Origin: Zootoca vivipara
Lineage: Eukaryota
Assembly (NCBI RefSeq): GCF_963506605.1
Contig: NC_083279.1
Coordinates: 17,236,001 to 17,300,000, forward strand
Reading direction: 5' to 3'
DNA length: 64,000 nucleotides
Below are positions 35,018 through 48,153 of the stretch, one piece after another. Below the pieces are notes generated by a model, which was given only the letters and a program-made list of their open reading frames with translations, was not told where the DNA came from and searched no databases. How positions within the stretch are numbered: the first letter of the stretch is position 1; the number at the start of each line of letters is the position of its first letter. The position numbers and the translations under genes are program-made.

Positions 35018-35723
35018 TCCTGCAAACGTGAGGTGATGGGTGCTCCGAACTTCGCAATAGGGTGCTCCGAGCACAGCAGCAGACAGAACAGTTCTTCCCG
35101 GATAATGAACTGTATATAAACAGCTTACTACACATTTAAGTGATCGCTGATCTATGGTCATTTGATGTACCTTTGGGAACAATTAATTTGCTGATAAGGA
35201 ATTATCATTGAAACAGTTCATTATCCTGGAAGAACTGTTCTGTCTGCTGCTCGGAGCACCCTATTGTGACCATAGCTGCCAAGTACCCCGTTTTCCCCGG
35301 GAAACCCCCCGTTTTTACTTACCTTTTCCCGGCGGTCCCCCGTATCACTTTGTCTCCCGTTTTTCTCCGTTCTTTTCTCCTGTCGGCGGCCATTTTTTCT
35401 GATTTGCCCATCTATGGGCACCGAAAATGGCTGCCGCTGGCTTCGAAAGCCGCGTCTACGCATGTCCAGAAGTGCGTAGACGTGACTTCCGGTGTTGTCG
35501 TCGGCCATTTTTGGTGCCCATAGATGGGCAGAGCGACCCCAGAAGTTGTGTCTATGCGCTTCCGGACATGCATAGACGCGACTTTCGAAGCCGGCTGCGG
35601 CCATTTTCGGTGTCCATAGATGGGCAAAGCGGCTGCCGGGTCATGCGGCTGCCGGTCCCGGATTCTGCAGTCCGGAACTTGGCAGGTATGATTGCGACGT
35701 TCATAGCACCCACGTTTGTAGGA
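35018..35723. repeat. Fold-back palindromic element whose right arm is split by a MITE
   Basis: 35018-35113 is the reverse complement of 35213-35270 plus 35691-35723. Confidence 0.7.
35271..35690. mobile_element. hAT-type MITE (CATAGCTGCC family) with internal palindromes
   Basis: TIR CATAGCTGCCAAG/CTTGGCAGGTATG; 8-bp TSD ATTGTGAC/ATTGCGAC. Confidence 0.8.
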
Positions 35724-36219
35724 TATTGACTGTGGAAAGGCATTCTGCCTCCATTTCAATGAACTCTGACAGTGATTTGCCACTCCTACTATTCCTGTTC
35801 ATGGAACATTTATTTGATTCTTATTAATTTGTTACTTCATGCACATATTATATGTCTTCTGTTTATGAACGCTAAAAAATTCCACAGCATTCACTGATGC
35901 AACCCACTCCAGTCTGGAAGGAGGAGTGGAATATGATTTTTGGACTGGTGCTGAGTATTTTTGTGGATTTCTGTATATTCATGTATTATCCTTTAGTATG
36001 TTATCATCAATAACCAAATCAACAGGAACGAAGGCAAAGAGGAGCAGAGCATAACTATCCACCACATTTAGTACCTCTACGAAAGTTGCAGGACAATTTC
36101 AATGTATTCAATTATGTTTTCCAATTAATATTGTGGTTAAAAGTCATGTGCTTTAGATGCCTGATTATTGTCTTCCAAAGCAAGTACTCTATTCCAAACT
36201 TTAAAATGGAAAGCGTAAA

Positions 36220-36585
36220 TGCTGGTGGTCAACAAAAGAGGTTTAAATACTCTCTCAAGGCAAATCTTTAAAAAAGTGTAGTATAAGCACCGACAACTGG
36301 AAAACACTGGCCTGCGAGCGCTCCAGTTGGAGAACAGCCTTTACTGAAGGCATCAAGGGTTTTGCAGACACTCAAACTCAGGCCGAAAAGGATAAAAGTG
36401 CTAAGAGGAAGGCACGCTTGGCAAACCCTTACCATGATCAACTCCCACCCGGAAACCTATGTCCCCACTGTGGAAGCAAATGTGGATCCAGAATTGGCCT
36501 CCACAGTCACTTACAGACTCATTGTTAAAACCGTGTTAATGAAAGACAATCTTACTTGACTAAGAGTGATCGCTAAAGAAGAAGA
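36220..36585 (+). mobile_element. RTE-clade LINE 3' fragment
   Basis: GGQQKRFKYSLKANL...WETLACERSSWR-like...CPHCG..CGSRIGLHSHLQTH zinc finger; GAAGAAGA tail. Confidence 0.7.
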
Positions 36586-38134
36586 TTCAAACATGTTTTA
36601 GAATTAATATTGTGATTAAAAGTATGCTTAAATGCACATATTTAAGCATGTAATAAAATGTGGATTTTTCTGTGTACATAATTGCAGGTGAATGCAAAAA
36701 TGGAAAGTAACAGATTTTGGGTCTATATCACAGGGAAGTGAAATGGACTGGAACTAGATTTTCTAACCCTTTGCTTATAGTAGGGGTTGAGAGGTGTGTG
36801 GTGATTTAGTTTGAAGTGAAATGGCATTTAGATGCTGAGCCAGGGGTAGACAATATGGTGTTCTCCAGATGTTGGATTGCAACTTCTATCGGCCCCATTG
36901 CCAATGGTAAGAGATGGTGAGTCCATCAACATCTGGATGACATCATGGGGGTTCTCCTAGTTCTAGGCTATTTAGTATTAACTACATCGCTTGTGCAGAC
37001 TCCATCAAGCCCTTAACTCCTCTGAGTAAGATGCTGTTTGTATTGCAGTAATTCAAAAGATTATTGTATTGGGGGGGGGGGGAAGTTATGCTACAGCCAA
37101 TATCTGAGTTTGAAGTTCTTCCTTCAGTCTCCCACGATGTGCATGTTTAAAACCTGCCCCTTACTCTTATATAATAGTGACAACAGAAAGAGTTTTGGTA
37201 CTTAATGAGTCAGGTACTCTCCCACAGCAGTGTTGTAAAACAGAAGATACTAATTAAAACTGAGAAAAATAGGATGATAAAACATTTACAATTGTAGATG
37301 TGAGGATATGAAAAACAAAAGCTACATGGATGAATAAAATAGCAGGCTGTAAAGCATCCCACATTAACTTAAGTGTATGTGCATGCAGATTACAGAAAGT
37401 CAGCAAACACAACCCATTTGGCATGTTAAGAAAATGGCTGAGGTGCAGTCGTGCAAAATATTGGAAATGATGAAACACTTCTGTGATTGCACACGATCCT
37501 TTGCAGCACTTCACCCAAGGCATTTCTGTTCCATATACATGTCATGCTAGGCACCTTTTCATACACCACACTGAGGGAAACTGGCTTGCAACTCCTGTAG
37601 CTAATTGTAACTCCCTGATGAGTGGGCCTGCACACGGTTGCAAACAATTTTATTTTATTTTTTGCCATATTCACACAAATTTTAATATGCACCTTTCACC
37701 TTCAATCCTTTATGGGTTTACCTGGGATTGCCTCAGTTTGGGTTGCACTATTAAATAATCTTGGATAAAGGAATAAAAATTGAATGCCTTAATAGACACT
37801 AAAGGGACGACACACAAACATATAGATTTACCTCAAGTGTGTTCTTGCTTACCTTTGGGCAAGACTTGTTAATTTGGGGTCTGAATCTGCACTTCTCCAG
37901 CCCTGGGGCCTAGGTAGTAGAACTTAACCAGTGATAAGGACCACAGACTCTAGACTGTAACTGAAATTAATCAAATTTACTGGTGCGACTTATTTTCTCC
38001 TCCCCAATGGTTTCTTCTGCCCCTTCTATTTTCAAAACATTTTAGCTATTTCCAAGCTGTTTATTTACCTAGCAGCTTTATTTCAGATAAAATCATAACT
38101 ACTACTGTTATGATTTGGGAAGTTGGATCCTCCT

Positions 38135-38978
38135 CATAAAGGGTCCATGTTGCGTGTGGCTCCTGGACTCCCTCCCCCAATTAGCTGAGATGCGGGGCTT
38201 TGCCCCACAAGTAGCCAGTGGTGACACGATCACGCCAAGGGCTTGTTAGCCAATTAGGGGGTGTTGGCGTGATCGTGGACTGGGTATAAAATGGCAGTGT
38301 GATGTGGGCGCATTCTTCTTCTTCTTCTTCTTCTTCTTCTTCTTCTTCTTCTTCTTCTTCTTCTTCTTCTTCTTCTTCTTCTTCTCTTGCTTCATGCTGC
38401 CGAACACCCACCCACCCTCCTGGTTAAGTCATGATGGGCTTTGCTTTGGACTTCAGTTGGCCGCCGGTTTTGGAATGGGGGCTGGGTAGGAATTTTTCCA
38501 ATGTGGCAAATTGGCAGTGGCCGCTTGGTTTTTGCCCACCTCTTAGCAATCGTCACAACTTTGAAAGGTTTGGAGGTTAGGCATTGGTTTGGGGGGAGTG
38601 TGGGGAGGGGAGGTGTGGCCATCACCTGGCCCTCCAAGTTATATGGTATTCCGTTAAAGGAATTTGGGGGTCTGGATCTCATCCGAAACCTGGGAGGAGC
38701 TAGGGCCACGCCAGGACTTTCGGGAGCTCCAGGGGTGAGCACCAGTCAATAGCCATCAATGGTGCTCCCCCTGTCATAGTTTACCGTTTGCGGGCCTCCT
38801 GCTGGGTAGGCAGGGGCAAGTTATAGTCTGGATACCAATGCCTAAGCCAATACAATTCCTACTTGTGTATTTAATAAAGTTGCGGCATAAATTTTGCCCA
38901 ATAACCTTTAAACTAAATTCTGTGTCCATCATGTCTTTATTTCTATAGGGGATGGGTTTCGGGGCTTGATGCGCAAAG
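38135..38978 (+). mobile_element. Solo A-spacer-B remnant of a related Ngaro-type family
   Basis: Collinear blocks shared with the reverse complement of 23928-24480 (GGGTAGGA.TTTT.CCA, GTCACAACTT, TTCCGTTAAAGGA, GCCTAAGCCAAT, AATAAAGTTG.GGC, TCTGTGTC); ends resemble the CACAAAG core. Confidence 0.65.
38315..38384. repeat. (TTC)n microsatellite
   Basis: Seen directly. Confidence 0.95.
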
Positions 38979-41066
38979 AACCCAGCGATGGAACTACACT
39001 GAACTCTGTAAATGCTTTGGGTTTTCGAGGGAAATGTAAAAAAATAACCAAGAACAACAAACAAACACCTTGCTGTAAGTCTAGAGCGTTCCTGGATCAT
39101 GCCAACCAACTTAATACCAACATCACTTTCAAATCAATTTTTGTCCTTGCTCTAAAGTTGGTGCAGGAACACCTGCCTGGCATGCAGAAGCTCCAAGGGA
39201 GGGGTGGGAAAGTCTCCTGTCTGAAACTTGGATAGCTACTGCCAACTAGTGTGGACAGTACTAAGCCAGGTGAACCATGGTCTGAGAAGGCAGCTCCATG
39301 TGTTCCTAAAGCTTCTGTCTTGTGTGATTATTTCAGGGATTCTTTCTGCTTTGCTTAAGCAGATCAACAGGACTTGTAGCCCTCTAGAGATAAACACAGG
39401 CATTGCCAGTTGGAATGTACACCAAAACATACAAATACTTAATTCAAAGCAAATATATAATTTGTAAGAGGTGATGGATCCCCACTCATAAAAATTAATA
39501 AAGCTTCATACAAGGTTGCTGGGCTTTCTCTCTCACATACAATTCATGTGTCTTTATTAGCTGTGTGAACACTACAAGTTGAATAGTTTATCTGTGCAGG
39601 ACAAGGACAACATAAATATATATGGATATCTTTGGGGGAAGGCTAGAATTCCACTCTTATGATGTATCTATTAGTCAACTGCCTAGCTTTAGCTAGAAAT
39701 GAAAGGCACTCACACCCAGATCAAACCCTGTCCTTTAGTCTTCACAATTCTCTTTTGCTAATAAAAATAACAAAATAAAAATAAAAATAATAAATTATTC
39801 CAACTAAGACCAACAAAGTTTGTTATTGGTATGAGCTTTCGTGTGCATGCAGATTTTCTGATGTTTGTCCACTGGAGTCAGTAGGTGGCCGGTGTGCCTG
39901 TTGGTGGTTTCTTTTAGAGTTGAGTCTTTTGGGGAAATGCCCTATGAATGAAATTATGTTTTAAAGACGGGAAATACAATTTTATATTGTGCTAGCTCTA
40001 GCTTTAAAAAAGAGAAGAAGAAAAAAAGAAATCAGCTAAAACAGGAGAAGGTTACACATCAAAGAATTGCCCTTTTGGTATACTACAGAAAACTTGGCAG
40101 AATTCTAGAAGTTTTATCTATCTGCTTTGGATAAATCCATTTGAACCAAGAGATCTGAAAAGTTGCAAGCCAAGACTTTCTTTTCAGAAGTCAAAAGTTA
40201 ATGTGAATTTACTTCATATAAGATTATAATAATGTGCTAGCTTAACACAATATTTAAGTCCAAAGAAGTGTGGTATTGATCTCGTACCCCCCCCACCTTT
40301 TATTGCAGGCAGTTCTGTCCAGGAAAGAATGTATTTTTAAACTTTTGCTGTTACTCTGCAGCAATCTCCGTTCAGTGCCATCAGAAGAAGAAGCAAGGCC
40401 AGTGCACTGGTGGGGAATAAGGATGGAAATGTGTCATGTTAAGGCAGATTTATGTGCTACTGTGGCTCCTTCTGCAAAGCTTATTCTTGTTGCTCCTTCT
40501 GGTGCCTTACTGATAAAGTAGAATTCTTGTCATCACATTAGTAATCCAGGCTATGTGTTTATTTCCCAAAAAAAGAATTAGTGGTGCAATGAAAGTAAAA
40601 TATAACAGAATGCAGGAGCATTTTTCTTTTTTTATTATTATCCTGAATTACTGGTGCAGTTGTGAAACACAGTTTTAGGGGCCAGCCCTATGTGGCAGAA
40701 TGGTGATGGAAGTAGCTGGGCACTGGCTTAAACACCTACTATAACACAGTGAGTGGAAATTAGGCTGCTGTGTACTTTGGAGGATACTTCAAGGAGTGAA
40801 AGTGCTGAATGCTCCAGGTACTAATCATGCCTCTGTATTCCATATCAGCTGGAATCTGGATTGGAATTCTGGATGTGGATTTTGGAATGAAATCTGGTTC
40901 CACCACACTGTGATTGGTATGGTATTTTCAATGAATTTGTTTTTTTTTTTGGTTTTTGTTTTTCTGCCTGGGAAAGAATAGCAGGCAGTGTCAAGTTATT
41001 TTGGTACCCAGGAGAGAGGTGTTTCTGTCCTCAGTTGCCATAAAAATAATAATAATAATAATAATA

Positions 41067-41242
41067 CAGTGGTACCTCTACTTACAAATAACTCTACTTA
41101 CGAACGGAGCTCTGTCCGCCATCTTGGATGCGACTTACGAATTTTTTCTCCCAGTGCATTCCTATGGGATTCGACTTACAATTTTTTTCAACTTATGAAT
41201 GTGCGTTCGGAACGCATTAAATTCGTAAGTAGAGGTACCACT

Positions 41243-41243
<1 letters not shown>
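41067..41243. mobile_element. Tc1/mariner-type MITE inserted in an (AAT)n tract
   Basis: TA-CAGTGGTACCTCTACTTAC...GTAAGTAGAGGTACCACTG-TA. Confidence 0.85.
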
Positions 41244-41287
<44 letters not shown>

Positions 41288-41289
41288 GG

Positions 41290-42010
41290 AATGGAGTACT
41301 GGGGTAGGGTTAGTACCTCTGGCAGGGGACATGCCATGTTCCTTCTGGGGTAGTCTGTCCACCTTTGGTCCCCATTGTGTGCGCAGCTCTCACATGTGAC
41401 TCCTAGAAGCTGTCAGCATGCGACAGCGGCCACACCCTAGGAATGGATCTAACTGTCTGGCTAAACCAGGTAAGGGTTGCCAATGGGTCTCAAATCCTTG
41501 GTGACTTAGGGGCTTCCCCTGCATGTGAAGATAGGCCCCAGTGGCTTGAGCAGACAAGACCAAGTGTGGCTCCAAGAGTCAGGAAGGTGGTTTCTGGATG
41601 TGTTGTAGAGGGAAGTGAGGAGCAGATAGGGCTATTCAACCTGGGATTGTACCCCTGATCATAAACCTCCACTGCCTTGCAGTATATCTTTAGCAAAAGA
41701 AATGGCAAAGGAGTAAGCCCTACCCAAATCCAGAGGTGAGACCCTAAGATGGTTGGATGATGCATTGCATGCCTTCTTCTGGCAACTCCTGCCACCAAGC
41801 TGGTGCCAAATGTATTGCTATGCTTTCCTTTGGACCATATCAGCAAGGCTGAGAGGGGGTCTCAGCATCCGAGCAGCCCAGGACCTCAATACACACTGCC
41901 CAAGCTTTCACCCTGGGGAGTCACTTCATTGCTGCTAACACAGTGGTTTGGCTTCATCCCAGAGCCACACTCTATTGACTCTTGAGACAGACAGATGCTA
42001 ACAACAACAA
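41290..42010 (+). mobile_element. Probable retroposon fragment, unclassified
   Basis: Ends in an (AAC)n tail and differs in composition from its flanks; family not established. Confidence 0.3.
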
Positions 42011-42476
42011 TTTTATTACTATTTTGTGTTGTCATTTCACAACACTCAAAACCATCATTTCCCCCTATGGTAGGGTTGACCTTTTTTGTCAGTGTAGATT
42101 GCACAAAATCCTCAGATTTTGTAATGTTAATCTGTAATATGAACTGGAAATATAGTCAATGGTGTCTTATGCATTTCTTAAAAACTGCAGCTTGACACCA
42201 TCATTTGCTCATAAAAGAAGACATATATGTACATTCACAGTATTCACTGAACACATTTTGACTCTCAGATGTTGGCAGCATGAAGGCATTGGAACAACTT
42301 CAACAACCAGAAGCTTAATTGGCCTCCTTCCTCAACAAATATAGGCAGTCAATTTTACTCAAAGTCTCTGCAAAGGATTCAGTGCCATGAATGGCATCCT
42401 CATTCTCTTCAATATTGCATCCAAAGGATTAATTGAAAACCCTGCATAGCTTCTATAAAACTTTCAGGGATGCAGC

Positions 42477-42946
42477 TGTCAGGAGTATGGGCAGGAGTCA
42501 GGCTCTGGGGCCTGTAGTGCTTTGCAGGACTGGGGCCTGCCTCAGCTTGTGCTGGAGAAGCAAGGAGTGGCCACTCAGTTGAGGCCACTTGATAACTCAC
42601 TGCACCTGGTGGCAAGAGCTGGGAGGGATAAAAGCTCAGCATTTCCCTTCAGCTCTTTGCCACAGCAACGCGATCCCTGCCTTGTTTCATCTGGCCTCCT
42701 GTTCCTTGATCCTTGGACTTTTGCCTTGCTCCTCGACCCTTGGACCATTGCCTTGACGACGCCTTGCTCCTCGACCCTCAGGCCCTCGCCTCCATGAGGC
42801 CCTGCTTCCCAACCTTTGGTTCCTTGACCCTGCGACTGCTTGCTGCTGGACCCTCAGCCCTGCACTGTCCGGACCCCGTTCCTGCTTCCACACCACCATC
42901 TCATCCTCAGGCGGGCCTGCTACCTCCCGCCAACCAGACCGTGACT
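42477..42946 (+). mobile_element. Solo LTR
   Basis: TGTCA...TGACT termini, TATA-like GATAAAAG, 5-bp TSD GCAGC/GTAGC (1 mismatch). Confidence 0.65.
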
Positions 42947-45170
42947 GTAGCAAACTGGAGACAAACTCACCATTCAAAGCAAGCATAATATACTATGGCA
43001 CACAGTCAACTTGGGGGCTGAATTTAAGTGGACCATGTATGACTACTGAGTTGGTCTTCAATTTTCCGCAAAATTATTTCTACTCCTCAGGATAGATGTG
43101 AACTTATTCCCAAAAGGCAGTGCACTTCCATGCTGCAAGTCTCTGCCCTAGCCATGCAATGCACTCAGTGCCTGAAGTCCACAGTTAAAATCAGGATCCT
43201 GGATTTATTTTCCGTATGAAGCAGTCCTATGCATGTGGAGCAAGCTGGTGTAAACTAAGTTGACATAGTTACACCCAATCCAGACCCTGCTCAGCAGCGG
43301 GTCTACTGCTGACCGAGACAATCTAAGCCTGGCAAAGTCTTTAGTGTTTGAGTTACCATTTTTTGCCAGCTTAACTTACAATGTGTTGTCTGGTTGTGTG
43401 GCCAGGCTGAATGAGCTTAGGATCCCAGCTAGGTTCCCCATCCCTGCTCCTCCCATCTCTGGGATCTGGCTAAGCCAGGATGGCGTAGCCCTGTTGGCAA
43501 ATCTCCAGCTGAGCTAGGGATGAGGGTTGTAAACTGTGTAAAGTATAATTGATTTAATTCACACAGAAATGAAAAAAAATGTATGTGTATTAATGAAGGT
43601 TTAAAATGGAAAATGGCTAAATGTGGATTGCTAACATTGGGTTTTTTTGCACAGTAGTCACCCCACCCCACCCCCAGGACTCTGAGCTCTTGTCGGGTTA
43701 ATGATTAACTAAGTTATATTTTGTTCTTTGTTAGATAGCATGTAAGTGTTGTAACCTTTGGTCATGTGATGAAGGTATTGAGTTGTAAATCTCCATTTTG
43801 AAGGAAGTTGCCTTTGTGTCTTTGTCTCCCAAACTCCATGGAGTGAAGATGGAAATGAAGTTCTCCTGAAGGGCTGGAAAGCAAGCTGTTAAAGAGAGAG
43901 AGAGACCTTTGCTTCTAGGAGTTTTTTGATTATTTCTTATTTTGTTACATGCTGAGCTTGTGAGCTGGATAGCACAAGGCATTATATGGATATTTTTGGA
44001 TGTATAATTTGATGTTTCTGTTTCATTTTGAAGAGTTATGCTTGTAAAATTTGAATAATATTTTCATGGGTCTGGATAATGCTTCATTTTCAAAATGAGT
44101 CATGTTTCATGCATCCAGTAACTTGAAACTGTGCAATATTAATATCTAGAACAAGCTGGTCTTGCCCAGCTACACAAGCAACCTCTCAGCTCAGCTGGAG
44201 ATATGCTGGAGCTTAACTAGCTTCTCCCAGAGGTTCTTGCTATAAGACTACTCTCTACGTTATCTTCCACACTGTTAGAGAAAAAGTGTTCTGCAAATAC
44301 TCCCTTTGTTTTCTATTCCTAGTCTCTAATTCTGTCTGTGTTTGTTTGCTTATTGATTTGGAACATTTGAAAGACTGCACAATCAACAAAGTGACCTGGG
44401 TGTTTCACACCGACTTCAACCAAAATGCAATTAGAATATTAAATTAAAACATTCCTTTTTTAATTTTTCTTTAAACAGCTCAATTTGCTGCTGAAAATCT
44501 AGCACAAAAAGCAGAGATAGTTTTTTTGGGGGGGCGCATGACTGGTGCACACCATGCCACCGGGTGCACCAAAACAATGTTGTGGAACAGAATGCATGAG
44601 GCATGAGGCACTGGATTTTAGCATCACACGGGGCATGGCTGAAATTTGAAATTTGAAAGCCCATCTCTGCAAGCAGCAGTATTTAAAAACACAGCAGAAA
44701 TTACCTGTTCCAATGGAAAAACACATAATTTTAAAAGACCCACTTCTGAGTAACCACCTCTTCACCACTGTAGACTGGGGCACTTGAAAAAGGACCTTGG
44801 ATAAACTTGAAATTCTAGGAATGTATTTGTATATGGGAGGTGCTGATCTTTCTGATAACTTTGGCCCAAGCCATTTAGGATTTTATAGATGGATACCAGC
44901 ACTCTGACTTGGACCCAGAAATGGTCTGGAAGTATAAATTTTGAAGTCCAATTGGTATATTTTATATATAATTTTATGGTTTCTAATCAAATATGAAATA
45001 ACTACAAAATCGCAACGCATTTTATTTTGTATTTTCTGTTGTTGCAGCTTGTATACAGTAGTTCAAAAAGCAGTATAGAAATGGTGACTCAGATGGATGT
45101 ATAAAATTTTCAGGTGATATAAAACAGGGGAGGATGGCAAAGCATGTAGAGGACAAGCCGAAATTTTAAT

Positions 45171-46050
45171 TTGTTTAGTCGTTTAGTCGTGTCCGACTCT
45201 TCGTGACCCCATGGACCAGAGCACACCAGGCACCCCTGTCTTCCACTGCCTCCTGCAGTTTGGTCAAACTCATGTTAGTAGCTTCAAGAACACTGTCCAA
45301 ACATCTCGTCCTCTGTCATCTTCTTCTTCTTGTGCCCTCCATCTTTCCCAACATCGGGGTCTTTTCCAGGGAGTCTTCTCTTCTCATGAGGTGGCCAAAG
45401 TATTGGAGCCTCAGCTTCAGGACCTGTCCTTGCAGTGAGCACTCAGGGCTGATTTCCTTCAGAATGGATAGGTTTGATCTTCTTGCAGTCCAAGGGACTC
45501 TCAAGAGTCTCCTCCAGCACCATAATTCAAAAGCATCAATTCTTCGGCATTCAGCCTTCTTCATGGTCCAGCTCTCACTTCCATACATCACTACTGGGAA
45601 AACCATAGCTTCCACTATACAGGCCTTTGTCGGCAAGGTGATGTCTCTGCTTTTTAAGATGCTGTCTAGGTTTGTCATTGCTTTTCTCCCAAGAAGCAGG
45701 CGTCTTTTAATTTTGTGACTGCTGTCCCTATCTGCAGTGATCATGGAACCCAAGAAAGTAAAATCTTTCACTGCCTTCATTTCTTGCCCTTCTATTTGCC
45801 AGTAGGTGATGGGACCAGTGGCCATGATCTTAGCTTTTTTGATGTTGAGCATCAGACCATATTTTGTGCTCTCCTCTTTCACTCTCATTAAGAGGTTCTT
45901 GAATTCCTCCTCACTTTCTGCTATCAAAGTTGTGTCTTCTGCATATCTGAGGTTGTTGATATTTCTTCCAGCAATCTTAATTCCATTTGGGATTCATCCA
46001 GTCCAACCTTTCGCATGGTGAATTCTGCATATAAATTAAATAAGCAGTTA
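45171..46050 (-). mobile_element. BovB (RTE) LINE 3' fragment
   Basis: ORF 45316-45927: ...LNIKKAKIMA...FTFLGS...MYGSESWT.KKAE.RRIDAFELWCWRRLLRVPWTARRSN, the classic BovB RT C-terminus. Confidence 0.92.
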
Positions 46051-47029
46051 AATAGCTTTGCCAAAAAGAAAAAGAGAGAGAGAGATGCAGAAAGCACAAT
46101 GATGAGACCCAACAAGAACAAATGTGAAACATTACGGAAGAAAGATGAGCCAAAGACACAATAATAAGCAGGAGGAGGGAAGTTAAAAAAGCATGATTTC
46201 TTACTCATAGGACTATTGCCATTTTATTATGCATTAAGAGATGCAGAGTTGCCAAGATTTGTGAAGCAAACATAAGCCATACTCAGTGCTGGTAAAGCCT
46301 CATCTGCAGAATGGCACTTTATTCTGGAAAACACTCAAAAGAAAGATTTGCACAAGCTGTAAAGAAGAAAAACCAGAGGAAAATAAGCCCTCCAAGCTTC
46401 ATAGACTTTCATCTTCCTTTCTGAAAGTTAGTGCTGTTGTCTTGTACCTCTTCCCCTGCTGTGGCTATTGCCTATTTGTTTTTAAGTTTGCATGAAAAGC
46501 AGCTGCTCTTTCATTACAGGCCGCATTTCATGAAATAAACAAGAATCTGATTGCATTGTCACTTTCTCCAGCGAGCATCACTGGCTGCTTGTCTCATGAC
46601 ATACTGATTTTGAAATTTTACTACTTACTCTGGACAGTTTTTTGCTAAAGTCACACCATAGGCCTTGATAATGGATCTAATTTCAAGTTATCAGCCAGCT
46701 TTCTCCCTCCAGTCAGTTTCTGAAAGCCAATTCACAGTTCCTAAGATTAAACCATCTGTTGCTGGTGGCAACAGTTTTTCATTTTATAAATTATGGATCC
46801 ATTTCCTTAGAACCTTGGTGCTACATTCCTTGCTGAAGACTTCATTTGGTCTCCAATACTTTTTTGTTTGTTTGTACATTTCATACATCCAGTCCTGTAG
46901 AACTGCACTTGTGTAACATGTCCTAGCTTGTATAGTGTATTCTGCAGTATTTCATGAAGAATCAGGAAGGTGAAAAAAGTCTAAAATAAATGATGAGTTG
47001 TAGCAAGAAACAGACTACTGTCCACTGTA

Positions 47030-47385
47030 AACCACTGAGCCTCTTGGGCTTGCTGATCGGAAAGTCAGCGGTTTGAATCCTCACAACGGAGTGAGCTCCC
47101 GTTGCTCTGTCCCAGCTCCTACCAACCTAGCAGTTCAAAAGCATGCCAGTGCAAGTAGATAAAGAGGTACCACTGCATCAGGAAGGTAAGCAGTGTTTCT
47201 GTGCACTCTGGCACTCGCCACGGTCCTCCGTGCACCGGTAGAGGTTTAGTCATGCTGGTCACATGACCCAGAAAGCTGTCTGTGGACAAACACTGGCTTC
47301 CTCAGCCTGAAAGTGAGATGAACACCACAATTCCATAGTCACCTTTGACTGGACTTAACTGTCCAGGGGTCCTTTACCTTTTTTT
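47030..47385 (+). mobile_element. Sauria SINE (older subfamily)
   Basis: AAACCACTGAGCCTCTTGGGCTTGCTGATC...GGGGTCCTTTACCTTT. Confidence 0.85.
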
Positions 47386-48075
47386 ACAACACACGACTGA
47401 CCAACCTTCCCTCTCCTGCAGTTCAAAAATATCAGATAACAGAAGATGGCAAAAAAAAATCTGCCTGAGAGAAAACTGATTCTAGGCAGGATTTTTGTAG
47501 AGAGAGGGGGAGCCCCTGATTGGCATTGGGAATCTTCTTCTTTTGCCTAGTTCAGACTGTTGGGAGTCTGCAGGGATGGGTGGAGAGTCCTTTCCCTTGA
47601 ATTTGACTCATTAACATTTAGTTGGTGCAAGTGAGAGAATGCAAGGAAGGGTTGGTTATACTCCTGAGAGATTATTGGGGTAAGGCAATTTTAAGTCACC
47701 TTCCATAGCCATTGGCTAGCAGTTCCTTGGGGGTGCCCCTGCCCATAGGCTTGGCATGTTGAGTGACTGCTGGCCACGCATTCAATAGCCATGCCTATAT
47801 TTTCTTCAGGCACAGAGGTGTCACTCAAGGGCTACAGTTGCAGTTCAAGTTAGTTTCCCCTCTTGTAGCTGTCCCCTTCTCTTGATCTCATTACGTTCAC
47901 TGAATAAAAATTGTTCAGATCAACACCAGCCTGTTTGTCTGTCAGGCCATGATGGATATTTGGTTTGGATTCCCTTGTCCTTTGTTATTCCATTGAAGCG
48001 CCTCTGGGTCCCAACATCTGGGCATTCCTCACAGTACATCTTCTTTGAACTTCTGAATATCTGTCATCTGCCACC

Positions 48076-48153
48076 TTCTTCTTCTTCTTCTTCTTCTTCT
48101 TCTTCTTCTTCTTCTTCTTCTTCTTCTTCTTCTTCTTCTTCTTCTTCTTCTTC
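48076..48153. repeat. (TTC)n microsatellite
   Basis: Seen directly. Confidence 0.95.

Noticed and set aside
38181-38489. Poly-E and poly-F ORFs (and similar poly-N/I/S/K ORFs elsewhere)
   Set aside because: Translations of microsatellites
45203-45718. 171-aa plus-strand ORF
   Set aside because: Antisense shadow of the BovB RT frame
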